A stretch of 32,000 nucleotides of DNA from Trichodesmium erythraeum IMS101 (GTDB lineage Bacteria; Cyanobacteriota; Cyanobacteriia; Cyanobacteriales; Microcoleaceae): contig NC_008312.1 of NCBI RefSeq assembly GCF_000014265.1, positions 7,380,001 to 7,412,000 of the forward strand. The letters are read 5' to 3'. The first letter of the stretch is position 1. Every line of letters begins with the position of its first letter. Below the pieces are notes generated by a model. That model was given only the letters and a program-made list of their open reading frames with translations. It was not told the origin of the DNA and made no database searches. Positions 8,012-19,185 of this stretch are shown piece by piece. Made by a program: the position numbers and the translations under genes.

Positions 8012-8086
8012 TAGGTTGGGTTGCGCTGTCGCTTAAACCAACAAAAACCTATATATGTTTAGTTTCGTTGCCTCAACCCAACCTAA
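8012..8086. repeat. 12-bp inverted repeat (taggttgggttg / caacccaaccta) just downstream of alaS
   Basis: The arms lie at 8012-8023 and 8075-8086. The arm sequence (…tttcgttgcctcaacccaacct) resembles short dispersed palindromic repeats I recall as common in Nostocales intergenic DNA. No T-run follows, so it is not a classical terminator. Confidence 0.45.
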
Positions 8087-8111
8087 AAAGTCAATAAAGC
8101 AAATCCAACAT

Positions 8112-10742
8112 TTACTTCAACCCATCAACCAACTGCTCCTTCGCACTCTCCAATGCCTCCTTCAACTTACTCGGATCGCGACCCCCTGCTTGCGCCAAGT
8201 TCGGACGGCCGCCACCGCCTCCTCCACAAATTTTCGCTATCCCGCCAATAAATTTTCCTGCTTGCAAACCTTTACCATTTACAGATTTACTAAAAGCAGC
8301 AACTAAACTAACTTTACCCTCAGCTGCAGAACCTAATACCACAGCACTTTCATCTAACTTTTGTTGCAACCTCTCTGCTGCTGTCTTCAACGCCTCCGCA
8401 TCAACTCCAGGCATTTCTGCTACCAATATCTGAAACTCACCGACAGTCTCAGCATTCCCCAACAACTGGTCAGACTTCGCTACTGCTAACTCCCCTTTCA
8501 ATGCTTCCAACTGTTTCTGCGAGTCCTTCAACTCCTGCTGCAAGTTACTCACACGCTCCGATAGCTCCTCCGGTTTTGCCTTAAAGCGATCGCTCAATTC
8601 TTTAACCACAGCATCCCGCACCTTCAAATAATCTAAAACTGCTAAACCTGCCACTGCTTCAATACGGCGTACTCCAGAAGAAATACCAGCTTCAGAAATA
8701 ATTTTAAACACGCCAATTTCTGCAGTATTATTCACATGAGTTCCCCCACATAATTCCATCGATACTCCCGGATAGTCAACCACCCGCACCACATCAGCAT
8801 ATTTTTCTCCAAACATAGCAACTGCTCCCTTTGCTTTAGCTACTTCCAATGGCATTTCGGCAACCGTCGCCGAATGTGCTTCAGCTATCCAACTATTGAC
8901 TTGAGCTTCTACTTGCTCGACTTCCTCCGGTTTCAAACCCCTTGGGCAATTAAAATCAAATCGTAAACGGTCAAAAGATACCAAAGAACCCGCCTGAGAA
9001 ATTGACGAGTCTACAAGAGAGCGCAAAGCAGCTTGTAATAGATGAGTCGCTGTATGATTTGCCTGTGCTCGACGTCGACAAGTACCATCTATTTGAGCAT
9101 TCACCGTCATTCCTAACTGTAACCTACCTCGCTCAATACGACCAAAATGTACAAAAATATTATTCTGCTTTTGCACGTCTTCTATTCGTACTACCAAACT
9201 ATCCCCACTGAGATAACCACGATCGGCTATTTGTCCTCCAGACTCAGCATAAAAAGGCGTTTTGTCAAGTACAATTTGCACTTGAGCACCTGCTTGAACC
9301 GTCTCCAATTGTTCACCATCTCCTACCAAAGCCATTACCTGTGCTGGAGAACTCAAATCTGTGTATCCTAAAAACTGCGTTTTGTCTATATCTAATTTTA
9401 CCCCATCTTGAGCTGTCAAGTCAATAGTTTCATGTGCTGACTGAGAGCGTATTTGGGCTAGTTTCATTTCTTGATCAAACATACTGACATCAACAGTTAA
9501 ACCATTTTCCTCAGCTATTTCTTGAGTCAGCTCTAAGGGAAAGCCATAGGTATCGTATAACTTGAAAGCATCTTCTCCAGAAATATGCTGAGTTTTCTTG
9601 GTTTCGGGTTTGGCCATAATTTCTGCCAATAGTTTTTCTCCTCGCTCCAATGTTTCAAGGAAGCGAGACTCTTCCCGTTGTAACTCTGCTTTAATCACAG
9701 TTTCTCGTTCTCGAAGATTTGGGTAAATATCCTCAGCCAGAGTGATTGCTGTTTCAGCAACTTTTGATGTAAATTCCCCAGAAATTCCAATCAAACGACC
9801 ATGACGAACAACTCGCCGAATTAACCGTCGTAAAATATAACCCCTACCGACATTAGATGCGGTGACACCATCAGCAATTAAATTTGCTACTGCTCGCACA
9901 TGATCACCAATGACTTTAAGAGAAACTTTGGTTTTATCGTCACTTTTTCTATAGTCAATATCAGCAATATCACTAGCCGTTTTAATGATGGGAAAAATCA
10001 GGTCAGTTTCATAATTATTAGGAACTTTTTGTAAGATTTGCGCCATCCTTTCCAACCCCATCCCCGTATCAATATTTCTGTTTTCTAGCGGGGTGAGATT
10101 TCCGTTAGCATCACGGTTATATTGCATAAATACTAGGTTATAAAACTCAATAAACCTAGTGTCATCTTCCAAGTCAATGTGATCATCCCCTAATTCTGGG
10201 TGAAAATCATAATAAATTTCTGAACATGGACCGCATGGACCCGTTGGACCTGATGCCCAAAAATTATCTGCCTCATCCATCCGTTGAATACGATGTGCTG
10301 GAATACCTATTTGGTCGCGCCAAATTGCAAAAGCTTCATCATCTTCTCGGAATACACTGACAACTAAACGCTCTGGTGGTAAAGCAAATATTTTTGTGGA
10401 AAGCTCCCAAGCCAAAGCGATCGCTTCTGGTTTAAAATAGTCGCCAAAACTGAAGTTACCTAACATCTCAAAAAAAGTGTGGTGTCTGGCAGTGCGACCA
10501 ACATTTTCAATATCATTAGTACGGATACATTTTTGGGATGTAGTGGCGCGGGGATATTGTCGGGGTTGTTGTCCAAGAAATATGGGTTTAAATGGTAGCA
10601 TTCCCGCAATAGTTAGTAAGACCGTAGGGTCTTCGGGAACTAGAGATGCACTTGGTAAAATGGTGTGTTCCCTTTGTGCGTAAAAGCTGAGAAACTTTTT
10701 TCTGATTTCGTTACCTGTTAGTTTTTTTGCAGACATAATCAA
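8112..10742 (-). CDS. alaS: Alanine--tRNA ligase
   Basis: 876-aa ORF with class II AlaRS hallmarks ([49 protein letters not shown]). The editing domain carries HTATHLL and CGGTHV, and the C-terminus is C-Ala/DHHA1-like with a GGGGGGRP tract. The true start may be the second ATG at 10736 (MSAKKL). Confidence 0.97.
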   Translation of the reverse strand: MIMSAKKLTGNEIRKKFLSFYAQREHTILPSASLVPEDPTVLLTIAGMLPFKPIFLGQQPRQYPRATTSQKCIRTNDIENVGRTARHHTFFEMLGNFSFGDYFKPEAIALAWELSTKIFALPPERLVVSVFREDDEAFAIWRDQIGIPAHRIQRMDEADNFWASGPTGPCGPCSEIYYDFHPELGDDHIDLEDDTRFIEFYNLVFMQYNRDANGNLTPLENRNIDTGMGLERMAQILQKVPNNYETDLIFPIIKTASDIADIDYRKSDDKTKVSLKVIGDHVRAVANLIADGVTASNVGRGYILRRLIRRVVRHGRLIGISGEFTSKVAETAITLAEDIYPNLRERETVIKAELQREESRFLETLERGEKLLAEIMAKPETKKTQHISGEDAFKLYDTYGFPLELTQEIAEENGLTVDVSMFDQEMKLAQIRSQSAHETIDLTAQDGVKLDIDKTQFLGYTDLSSPAQVMALVGDGEQLETVQAGAQVQIVLDKTPFYAESGGQIADRGYLSGDSLVVRIEDVQKQNNIFVHFGRIERGRLQLGMTVNAQIDGTCRRRAQANHTATHLLQAALRSLVDSSISQAGSLVSFDRLRFDFNCPRGLKPEEVEQVEAQVNSWIAEAHSATVAEMPLEVAKAKGAVAMFGEKYADVVRVVDYPGVSMELCGGTHVNNTAEIGVFKIISEAGISSGVRRIEAVAGLAVLDYLKVRDAVVKELSDRFKAKPEELSERVSNLQQELKDSQKQLEALKGELAVAKSDQLLGNAETVGEFQILVAEMPGVDAEALKTAAERLQQKLDESAVVLGSAAEGKVSLVAAFSKSVNGKGLQAGKFIGGIAKICGGGGGGRPNLAQAGGRDPSKLKEALESAKEQLVDGLK

Positions 10743-10803
10743 TTTAAGATGCTTGAGTTTAATTTTTTGCGGGTAAAATTTTACCTTTTCTGTTGTTACT
10801 TTA

Positions 10804-11992
10804 CTACTTCATAATAAGTGACATTTTAATGTTTACTTCCTGCTTTAACTGAGACCATCGGCGGTTACTCATCCACAAGCGTTGACTATCAAACCGACCG
10901 CATCTCTCAAATTCATACTGGCGTTTAAATCTCAATAAGATTGATAAATCACACTCTGAGCAGTCATAATTCCTTAGATTTAATAGCATATCTTGAAGAT
11001 GACCGCAGTTTGAATAAGTTTTTGATGATGGAAAAAACCTGTCAACTACTACTAACTCCGAGCCGTACCATTGGCACTTGTATTCTAGTTGTCTGCGAAA
11101 CTCATAAAAACCTTGGTATGCAATTGACTTGGCTAATTTTTGATCGTCTTTTCATATCGCTGTACCAAACATCCCACTAACCTTTAAGTCTTCAATGACA
11201 ACAACGCCGTGCTTAAAGGCTTGCGTATGTTGTCAATTTATGAAGTGCATCTTTACAGATGTTAGCTACTTTTCCATGTAATCTAGCTATCTTCAGTTGT
11301 GCTTTTTTCCAATTAGCAGAACCTATCTCTTGATTGCAATTTAGGTATTGTATTCTAGATAGCTTAGTTGTAAATATGCGATCAGATTTCAGACTTTCAA
11401 ATACTTTACCATCACTTAAAATTGCTAATGTCTTTAGACCTAAGTCAACACTTACTACCTCAATGGTTTTAGGTGTTTAAGTAGGGGTAAATTCATAGTT
11501 TAAGCTTAAGTACCAATCACCAGTCTGTTTACTTGTAGTTAGTTTTTGAGTCGTTGTTTCAATTGGTTCATAAATTCTCATAACACTAATAAAAGGTAAT
11601 TTGTGATTCCAAGCATTTAGTTCTCTTGGTTTCTCACAATTATCTATAGTGAATGAATCATGTTTACCTTTATTCTTAAACCTTGGGTGTTGACTCAACC
11701 CTTGTTTGCGAAGCATTCCGAAGGAAAAGAACCTCTTAAATGCTTCACCTAAATTGATGAAAGCGTATTGATAAACTCTATACGACAAGTTTTTCATCCA
11801 AAGATAAAGAGGTTTTGTGTTATTGGTAAAAACTTCTTTGAGTTTACGGGTATTAGGTTTACAACCATCTCTGTAAGCTGCATTCCAAAAACTTAACCCC
11901 CAGTTGTCACACCATCTGCCATAACCTGCGTGTTGATCCATCAGGCTTTTCTGCTTATTACTCAGTTTGAGCTTAGTTATGATGGATTTCAT
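10804..11992 (-). pseudogene. tnpB: TnpB (IS200/IS605-family OrfB, RNA-guided nuclease type), full length but multiply disrupted; no tnpA
   Basis: The first 171 codons are open (…QHAGYGRWCDNWGLSFWNAAY…VYQYAFINLGEAFKRFF…DWYLSLNYEF). An in-frame TAA lies at 11477-11479, and the same frame then continues PKTIEVVSVDLGLKTLAILSDGKVFE (RuvC-I Asp). Further stops and frameshifts follow. The zinc-finger region is still readable in ORF 10804-10989 (YDCSECDLS…FERCGRFDSQ). Confidence 0.8.
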
Positions 11993-12093
11993 TTATGGAT
12001 ATTGGCAGTATAATGGTATGCTTTTTCAGGTATTATATTGTTATTCTAGGATTAAGTCAATGCTCCTCTTTCATTTCAGCAACAGTCGAAACA

Positions 12094-12127
12094 TAAATTT
12101 ATACAACTCGTAATTTGTATAAATTTA
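12094..12127. repeat. Perfect 13-bp stem hairpin (taaatttatacaa-ctcgtaat-ttgtataaattta)
   Basis: Read directly from the sequence. It lies ~100 nt upstream of the tnpB relic start, where an IS200/IS605 left-end hairpin would be expected. A larger imperfect inverted repeat follows immediately (12118-12160 versus 12203-12243, core tcataccaatttc / gaaattggtatga). Confidence 0.4.
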
Positions 12128-12523
12128 CAATCATACCAATTTCCTTAAGTATGGCTACACATCATACTCAAGAATGAAATCATATAATCTTATTAATATT
12201 AAGTAATGTAGCCTAAGTTTATGAAATTGGTATGAATTTATATAACCAGGAGCTATCCATGAGGAAGGAAATTTTGATTTTGAAATTGCTCAAGGACTGC
12301 AAAGCTTAAGCATATGAAACCCTAGCGCTAACACTCAAAATGAGAGAAATAAATTATTTTGCGTAAGTCCTATTGATATTCAATATGGTAGTATTGGGAT
12401 AAAACAGTATATTCTGCTTAGAGTATCAAATACCCTACCATACTAATATCTACCTCCCATAAACCAAGTTTATGATCACACTCCACTCCTAAAGGGACTT
12501 AATTTTACTCAACCTACTACTTT

Positions 12524-15448
12524 TTAAGAAGCCTTAAACCGTATTTGAATCATCCGCCAAATTTCACCTATCCAGAATACAATAGAAGTACCACCAATAA
12601 TTATTAACCAATCTCTTAAAGATAAAGGAACTGTTCTAAATACACTTCCTCCATATTGAACCATCAAAATTTGCCCCACAAAAATCAATGCAGCAATAAC
12701 TATAAAACTAGCATTTTTACTAATATTAGAAAATGCAGATTCCCTTAAACCAAAACATTTAGCATTAAACATATTCCAAAATTGCAACATAACAAATGTA
12801 GTGAAAAATAGAGACAATTCATAAGGAGTTACTACTTGGTCTTTTTGGATATACAGCAAGAAACCGACAAAAAACACCAAAAATATTGATGCTACAGAGA
12901 AAATATTCACCGCCATTGATTGGGAAATTATAAATTCTTGAGAATTTCTTGGTGCTTTCTCCATAACTTTTTCATTAGGTGGTTCCGTTGCCAAAGCCAA
13001 TGCAGCAAAAGTATCCATAATTAAATTCACCCACAATAGTTGAATCACAGTAAACGGCAGATTAATTCCAATAAACGGACCTAATAAAGCTATCCCACAA
13101 GCAGCAACATTTATTGTTAACTGGAAAAGAATAAACTTTTGAATATTTTGGTACAGCGATCGCCCCCACATAACTGCATTTTCGATACTACCAAAAGAAT
13201 CATTCAAAATGATAATATCGCTAGCTTCCTTAGCTACAGAAGTACCACTACCCATTGACAAACCAACCTGCGCTTGGTTTAAAGCAGGTGCATCGTTAGT
13301 CCCATCACCCGTAACTGCCACCACTTCCCCACTACCTTGTAGTAGTTGTACAATACGTTGCTTATCCTGTGGTCGTGCTCTAGCAATCACTTTTGCTTTT
13401 TGCACCATTTCTAAAGCTGCTGCATCATCCAACTCACGGAGTTTGTTACCAGTGATAGAATAATCATTATCCTCATCCTCACTTATAATTCCAATTTCAC
13501 GAGCAATTTCTATTGCAGTCAAACGACTATCCCCTGTAATCATTTTCACTTTAACCCCAGCTTTTCGGCAGATTTCTACTGCTAGGGGTACTTCTTCTCG
13601 CACTGGATCGGCGATTGCCACAAAACCCAACCAAACGAGATCATCGTATTGTTCAAGTTCACACCCTTGTTGATAGTTTTGAGGATCTCTAACATAGGCA
13701 AATCCTAAAGTCCGTCTGCCAATAGATTCATGCTTATTTAACTCTGCTGTGAGCGATACTCTCTGAGAATTTGTAAAAGCTTGGATTCCATCTGAGGTCA
13801 GAACTTGATTGCAACTTACTAACAATATTTCGGGCGCACCCTTAATATGGAGTATTTTTTCGCCTATAGTAGGGGAAACTCCGAGAGTTGCCATGTACTT
13901 TCTGTCTGAAGAAAAAGTTAACTGACTAATAACCTCAAAATCTTCTCGTTTGTCAATATAGTCAATGTTGTTTAGCTCTAACCACAATAGCAAAGATGCT
14001 TCTGTATGGTCTCCCAAAGGAGTAGAAACTCCCTCTTTTCTATGTTCTAAGTTAGCTGTAGTGTTTGCACATATCGCTTCAACTATAATATTTTCAGCAT
14101 TGAGAGTGCTATTCTCAAAACTAGGAAACTGGAAATCACTCACCTGCATTTTGTTTTCAGTTAACGTGCCTGTTTTATCAGAACAAATAACCGTTGTGGC
14201 ACCAATAGTTTCGCAAGCGTGCATCCGGCGAACTAAATTATTTTGTTTAGTCATTTTCTGAATACTGTAGGCAAGACTTAGGGTAACACTTAGAGCTAAT
14301 CCTTCAGGTACGGCAACAACTATAACTGCAACTGCAATCATAAAGTATGTTAAGAATTTCAGGGCAACATCTGTAGCGATCCAATCAGTGGGAGAAGCGG
14401 GAACCCACTCTAAATAATACCCGACTCCCATACCGATGCCAAATATTACTAGGGCGGTCAAAAGATTTCTTGACCAGGCGATCTTACTATCATCTTCTAA
14501 CCATCCCGGAACTTCTATTTCCTTACCTACTGATTCTAATCCATCTATAATTATTGGCAACCAGACTCTAGTTAAGGCAGTAACTAAACTAATGGCAAGG
14601 ATACTGATAATGTACCATTGTCTAAAGGTGAGGTTGAGTTCTCCTGTAAATATACCCCGTACTACTAGAGCCATATCTATTAACACTGCTACACCTAAAC
14701 CAAGGATACCAATTAGATTACTGAGGCGTGCCAGTTGCAGATTTAGAGGAGTTTCTACATCTGTAATGTCAAGAACACATCTAGCAGTTTTACCGATTTC
14801 TGTAGCATCACCAATGGCCGTAATTTCAATAATTCCATGTCCATCATTCACTACAGTATCTCGTAAAACTTTATTGGGAGGGTAAGCGTCACTATTATGA
14901 TTGTTAAAGGATAAATTTGTCTCTACTGTTTTAGTAACTGACATTGCTTCCCCAGTTAAACTAGCTTCATTAACTTCTAGAGAAACTGCCTCTATTACTT
15001 GACCATCTGCTGGTATTTCGTCTCCTGTTTCTATGATTACCAAATCCCCTACTACTAAGTCTTTTTTCGGAATAGTTGTAATGTTATTATCCCGAATTAC
15101 TGTGATTGGTATTTCATCATTTACTCGATTAAGAATCTCGAATTCTTGATTAGCTTTATATTCATTCAAAAAAGCAACAGTTGTAGCTATTAGGATAGCA
15201 GCAATAATACCTAAACCTTCTACATAATTACCTTCAAAAATTCCGACAGTAATAGCAATAACAGCGGCAATTATTAAAATCCGAATTATTGGGTCTTCAA
15301 ACTTTTCTAACCATAATTTCCACCAGGGCAATCTCTTGGGTGGCGTTAATAAATTATAACCATATTTTTGCCTACTTGCCTCAACCTCAGCCTCTGTCAG
15401 TCCTTGATGACGGCTGTGTTTTTGACGTGGTTCTTCTGTTGTTTTCAT
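12524..15448 (-). CDS. Cation-transporting P-type ATPase (P2-type, Ca2+-ATPase/PacL-like)
   Basis: 974-aa ORF. Motifs include GLTEAEVEASRQKYGYNLL at the N-terminus, LTGEA, PEGL, the phosphorylation motif CSDKTGTLT, KGAPE, MITGD and the hinge TGDGTNDAPAL. About 10 hydrophobic segments are present. Confidence 0.9.
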   Translation of the reverse strand: MKTTEEPRQKHSRHQGLTEAEVEASRQKYGYNLLTPPKRLPWWKLWLEKFEDPIIRILIIAAVIAITVGIFEGNYVEGLGIIAAILIATTVAFLNEYKANQEFEILNRVNDEIPITVIRDNNITTIPKKDLVVGDLVIIETGDEIPADGQVIEAVSLEVNEASLTGEAMSVTKTVETNLSFNNHNSDAYPPNKVLRDTVVNDGHGIIEITAIGDATEIGKTARCVLDITDVETPLNLQLARLSNLIGILGLGVAVLIDMALVVRGIFTGELNLTFRQWYIISILAISLVTALTRVWLPIIIDGLESVGKEIEVPGWLEDDSKIAWSRNLLTALVIFGIGMGVGYYLEWVPASPTDWIATDVALKFLTYFMIAVAVIVVAVPEGLALSVTLSLAYSIQKMTKQNNLVRRMHACETIGATTVICSDKTGTLTENKMQVSDFQFPSFENSTLNAENIIVEAICANTTANLEHRKEGVSTPLGDHTEASLLLWLELNNIDYIDKREDFEVISQLTFSSDRKYMATLGVSPTIGEKILHIKGAPEILLVSCNQVLTSDGIQAFTNSQRVSLTAELNKHESIGRRTLGFAYVRDPQNYQQGCELEQYDDLVWLGFVAIADPVREEVPLAVEICRKAGVKVKMITGDSRLTAIEIAREIGIISEDEDNDYSITGNKLRELDDAAALEMVQKAKVIARARPQDKQRIVQLLQGSGEVVAVTGDGTNDAPALNQAQVGLSMGSGTSVAKEASDIIILNDSFGSIENAVMWGRSLYQNIQKFILFQLTINVAACGIALLGPFIGINLPFTVIQLLWVNLIMDTFAALALATEPPNEKVMEKAPRNSQEFIISQSMAVNIFSVASIFLVFFVGFLLYIQKDQVVTPYELSLFFTTFVMLQFWNMFNAKCFGLRESAFSNISKNASFIVIAALIFVGQILMVQYGGSVFRTVPLSLRDWLIIIGGTSIVFWIGEIWRMIQIRFKAS

Positions 15449-15798
15449 TGATTAATCTCCTTGCCAAAATATGATTTGGTGGGTATTATGATAATTTTAG
15501 TATTTTATCATTTTTTTTAACTTTATTAATATATCTTAAATTTTAAATTTTGTCTATAAATGTTTATCATTATAAAAGTTAGTAGATTTTCTTGAAGCTT
15601 TACAGATACAAAAAATTGCTTATAAAAAAAATATTTTAGTTATTAGTTATCAGTACCAAAGCCCATCATTCAGAGGGTTAAAATAACTATAACAAATATT
15701 TTTTGATTTCGGTAAAAGGAGAGACTTAAAATATTATTTTTTTTGTTATAATATAACTTGAATTAGTAAGTACAAGAGTTATATTTTTAAACAATAAA

Positions 15799-16938
15799 AT
15801 GTTAGTTCAAGCTTTAGAAAAAATACATTGGAATAAGGCACCAAAAATCATATCTTTATTTTCTGGTTGTGGAGGAATGGATTTACCATTTCACTATACA
15901 GGATTTAAGTTAGTGTGGGCCATTGATTCTGACCTTTATGCCTGTAGAACTTTTAGAAGAAATATTTCTAATATTATTGAGAATAATCAAATAGAAAATA
16001 TAAATATTGCTGAAGTTCCAGAAGCAGACTTAATTATAGGAGGTTTCCCTTGTCAAGATTTCTCAATGATTTGGAAACGTCCAGGCTTAAAAGGTATTAG
16101 AGGCAATTTATATACCTACTTCTTAGAATTTGTTAAACGTAAACAACCAAAGGTATTTATCGCCGAAAATGTCAAAGGTTTATTAAGTGCTAATAAATAC
16201 CAAGCAATTAAACGAATCATGTCAGATTTTGAAAGTATATCTCCAGGTTATTTAGTCAAACCTAAACTATATAATTTTGCTGATTATGGAGTACCTCAAT
16301 TTAGAGAAAGAGTCATTTTAGTAGGCATTAGAATGGACACTGGTTTTAATTTTATTCATCCTTCACCAGAATATGGTATTGGTCGGAAATATACCTATAT
16401 AACTGCTGGTAAAGCACTTAAAAATGTAGAAAAAGTTCCCAATAATAATGAACATCAAAAAATTCAACCTCGAACAATTGAAATATTGAAAAGGATAAAA
16501 GCAGGAGGTAATTTTACAGACATTCCTAAAGATAGTCCGTACTATGTAAAAGGAATGATTAGTCATGTTTATCGACGAATTGATCCAGACAAACCTGCTG
16601 CAACAATAATTGCTGGAGGAGGTGGAGGGACATGGGGTTATCATTATCCGGAACCCAGGTCTTTAACAAATAGAGAAAGAGCAAGATTACAAACATTTCC
16701 TGATGATTTTATTTTTGAAGGTTCTTTTAGTGAAATTAGGCGACAAATTGGTAATGCTGTACCTCCAGATGGAATTGTTTCTATTGTTGAATCTTTGATT
16801 CCACTATTCAAAAATGATTATAATAAAATAGATTTATACAATCTCAGTAAGCATTTACAAGCTATGTCAATCAAAGAAAGATTAAAATTAGCAGAATCAG
16901 AACTAGATGGACAACCAATACAGTTAAGTTTACTCTAA
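15799..16938 (+). CDS. DNA (cytosine-5)-methyltransferase
   Basis: 379-aa ORF with the ordered m5C-MTase motifs: I FSGCGGMD, IV GGFPCQDFS, VI ENVKGL, VIII QFRERVILVG, then RSLTNRERARLQTFPDDF and X GNAVPP. Confidence 0.92.
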   Translation: MLVQALEKIHWNKAPKIISLFSGCGGMDLPFHYTGFKLVWAIDSDLYACRTFRRNISNIIENNQIENINIAEVPEADLIIGGFPCQDFSMIWKRPGLKGIRGNLYTYFLEFVKRKQPKVFIAENVKGLLSANKYQAIKRIMSDFESISPGYLVKPKLYNFADYGVPQFRERVILVGIRMDTGFNFIHPSPEYGIGRKYTYITAGKALKNVEKVPNNNEHQKIQPRTIEILKRIKAGGNFTDIPKDSPYYVKGMISHVYRRIDPDKPAATIIAGGGGGTWGYHYPEPRSLTNRERARLQTFPDDFIFEGSFSEIRRQIGNAVPPDGIVSIVESLIPLFKNDYNKIDLYNLSKHLQAMSIKERLKLAESELDGQPIQLSLL

Positions 16939-16955
16939 TTTTTGAGATTAATATT

Positions 16956-17972
16956 ATGGCTATTTATACTAATTATCCAGATTTTGGAGGTGCTTTTGGC
17001 GATCAACTTAGAAATCTTTTTAAATTAGCTAATTCTGTTACTATTGCATCTGGTTATACTTCAGAAATTACAGTAAAACAATCTCAATAATATATTGCTA
17101 TAATTATCAACATTTGTGGGAATTTTACATTATTAGTTGCCATGATAATTTTTTAAAAATTAAATAGAAATACCTAGAATAAGTTAGGCAAATTAAACAG
17201 TTTAATATTATCTGCCAATGCTAAATGTGGAGGTGTCAGATTTGTGTAGAATCTACCACCATTTCATGGCAAAATTTACAGGATAAAATATCAAGATGAA
17301 CTACTTTATTTTGCAGGGTCTTTAAATTTTTCTCAAAGAGGACTGTTTAATAATTTAGAATTTACCTGCAAAATTAGTGATACTACTACTATTAATCAAA
17401 CAGAAACCTATCTTAATTGGATATTGACTGATAATGTATCTGTTAATTTTGCTAAGTGTGAATCATTTCCTATTATTGAATCAGCTAAGGAAAACCACAA
17501 AAAAACGACTTTGATAAATCCAAAAAATAAACCATTCATTAATTATAATATTTCTTATTTAGATCTATCTTTAGCTAGAGTTGAAAACCAAAAACGTTCC
17601 AACTTAAATGCTTTTTTTGGCAAAATAAGATGGAATAGAAAAACAGGTAATGTTATTCCTAGAGACTGGTTTGAAGTATAAATTATTGTAGATATAGCTT
17701 CAACTAAAAATCCCATTTATCCTCAAAGAGATTTTGTTGCCTACACTGATGATGGTTTAGTATTTCCCTGTCGAACTCAAGGTGATTATTATAAAAATCT
17801 GAGGTCAAGAGATGACTTAAAAATTTTAGGTCATTGACTCAAAGGAAAACTACAAAAAAAAGGAGTTTTAGAAGTATTTCAACCAGTCACAAGTCAAACA
17901 TTAGAAAAATATGGTAAAGATTACATTCGGATGTATAAATTATCAGATTTAGATTACTATTTAGAGTTTTAA
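16956..17972 (+). pseudogene. PLD-superfamily type II restriction endonuclease (NgoFVII/BfiI-like, with C-terminal B3-like DNA-binding region), decayed
   Basis: It starts 18 nt after the MTase stop (MAIYTNYPDFGGAFGDQLRNLFKLANSVTIASGY). The first stop is at 17088-17090. PLD motif remnants are PPFHGKIYRIKYQDELLYFAGSLNFS (HxK…GSxN). The C-terminal part reads RSNLNAFFGKIRWNRKTGNVIPRDWFEV*…FVAYTDDGLVFPCRTQGDYYKNLRSRDDLKILGH*LKGKL…YGKDYIRMYKLSDLDYYLEF. There are at least five in-frame stops or frameshifts. Confidence 0.7.
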
Positions 17973-19185
17973 TTGAAACTAAACTAAGTACCTGCTTTAT
18001 AAACATTACACTCCCAATTTCCAATTCCCTAAAATTTTCCCAGAGTGGGTATTGAAAGAGCCATGATATTAGTTGTACTTTCGGGTACTATTTGAGAATT
18101 CCTAATGTTGTTAGGGATGGGGTTGAATTTTATTACCCAGAACTCTCTATGGGGCAGTTATTTTCCTAAGTTGAGCGATCGCTACATTAATTCTAATCAG
18201 GGACATTAAACTTACTTTGTCATCCAGCACTTTTGCCAATTTAATCGCCTATATAACTTTTAGTTTATCACCATTCAAAATAACTAATTAAAAAAGGTAT
18301 TATCCTAAATATTTTGCTTATAATGGTTTATTTCTACCTCTATTTTTACCTTTCTGTATAGAAGCGAAAATTTGGTTAATCAGTTGATTATTTTATCATT
18401 TAAATTAGTTCGTATAATCTGATATTTGAGAGCTATTTTATTACCAATAAAAATCTACTAAAGCTTAAATTTATTAAAACAATTAGATCCCATCTAAAAA
18501 ACGAGTAATTAGTTATTGTATCTCTGATAAGTTAGGAGTTATGAATTATGAATTAGAAACCAGGAAAAATTAAGTATTTTAATTATTTAAATTTTCAATT
18601 TGTATTCAAGAAAATGCTTGTATTAAGAAAAAGTAGTTTTGCAATTGTAGAATTTGAATCTCTTGCCTAGATAGAAAATTGAATAATTTCACGGCATAAT
18701 TAAACAATTAACGGGTTTAGAACGCATGCCAATGTCATCTGGGAATAATTAAAAAAATTATATTGCTTGTGCAATGAAGGGTGTGGAGCTTCTGAAAAAA
18801 ATTTGCTTTTAAAATAGGACAAAGTATTTATCAAGTTAAACACGGATTATTATCAAAATATCTAACCAACCAATTGAAGCATCTTTCAATTAAAATTAAG
18901 GTTATTTAACTTGAAAAACTAAAGGTTTTTTTGAATAAAAATAGTTAGGAGATCGCTAACGCAAAGCTCCGCTAACCCATGAAGTAAAGCGTGAAGATTG
19001 TCGAAATTTTTATGCGCTATATTATAGTATTTGCCTAAGTCTGCTTATGTTGTATGGAAATTCTATGACAACATCCCTAACCTTCCAAATTCAAGGCACT
19101 CAATAGTCAAGTTGAAAAGTTTTTTATAAATGCTATTACTCTCTGCCTTTTAAGGCAAAATATTTTTAGAAGCTTGTTTAAAACC

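Noticed and set aside
8055-8306. 83-aa plus-strand ORF overlapping the 3' end of alaS
   Set aside because: It is antisense to the alaS C-terminus and has no support.
10941-11180. 79-aa plus-strand ORF
   Set aside because: It is antisense to the decayed TnpB reading frames.
12259-12309. 16-codon mini-ORF MRKEILILKLLKDCKA with an upstream aggag
   Set aside because: It is too short, is not hydrophobic enough for a type I toxin, and conservation cannot be assessed here.
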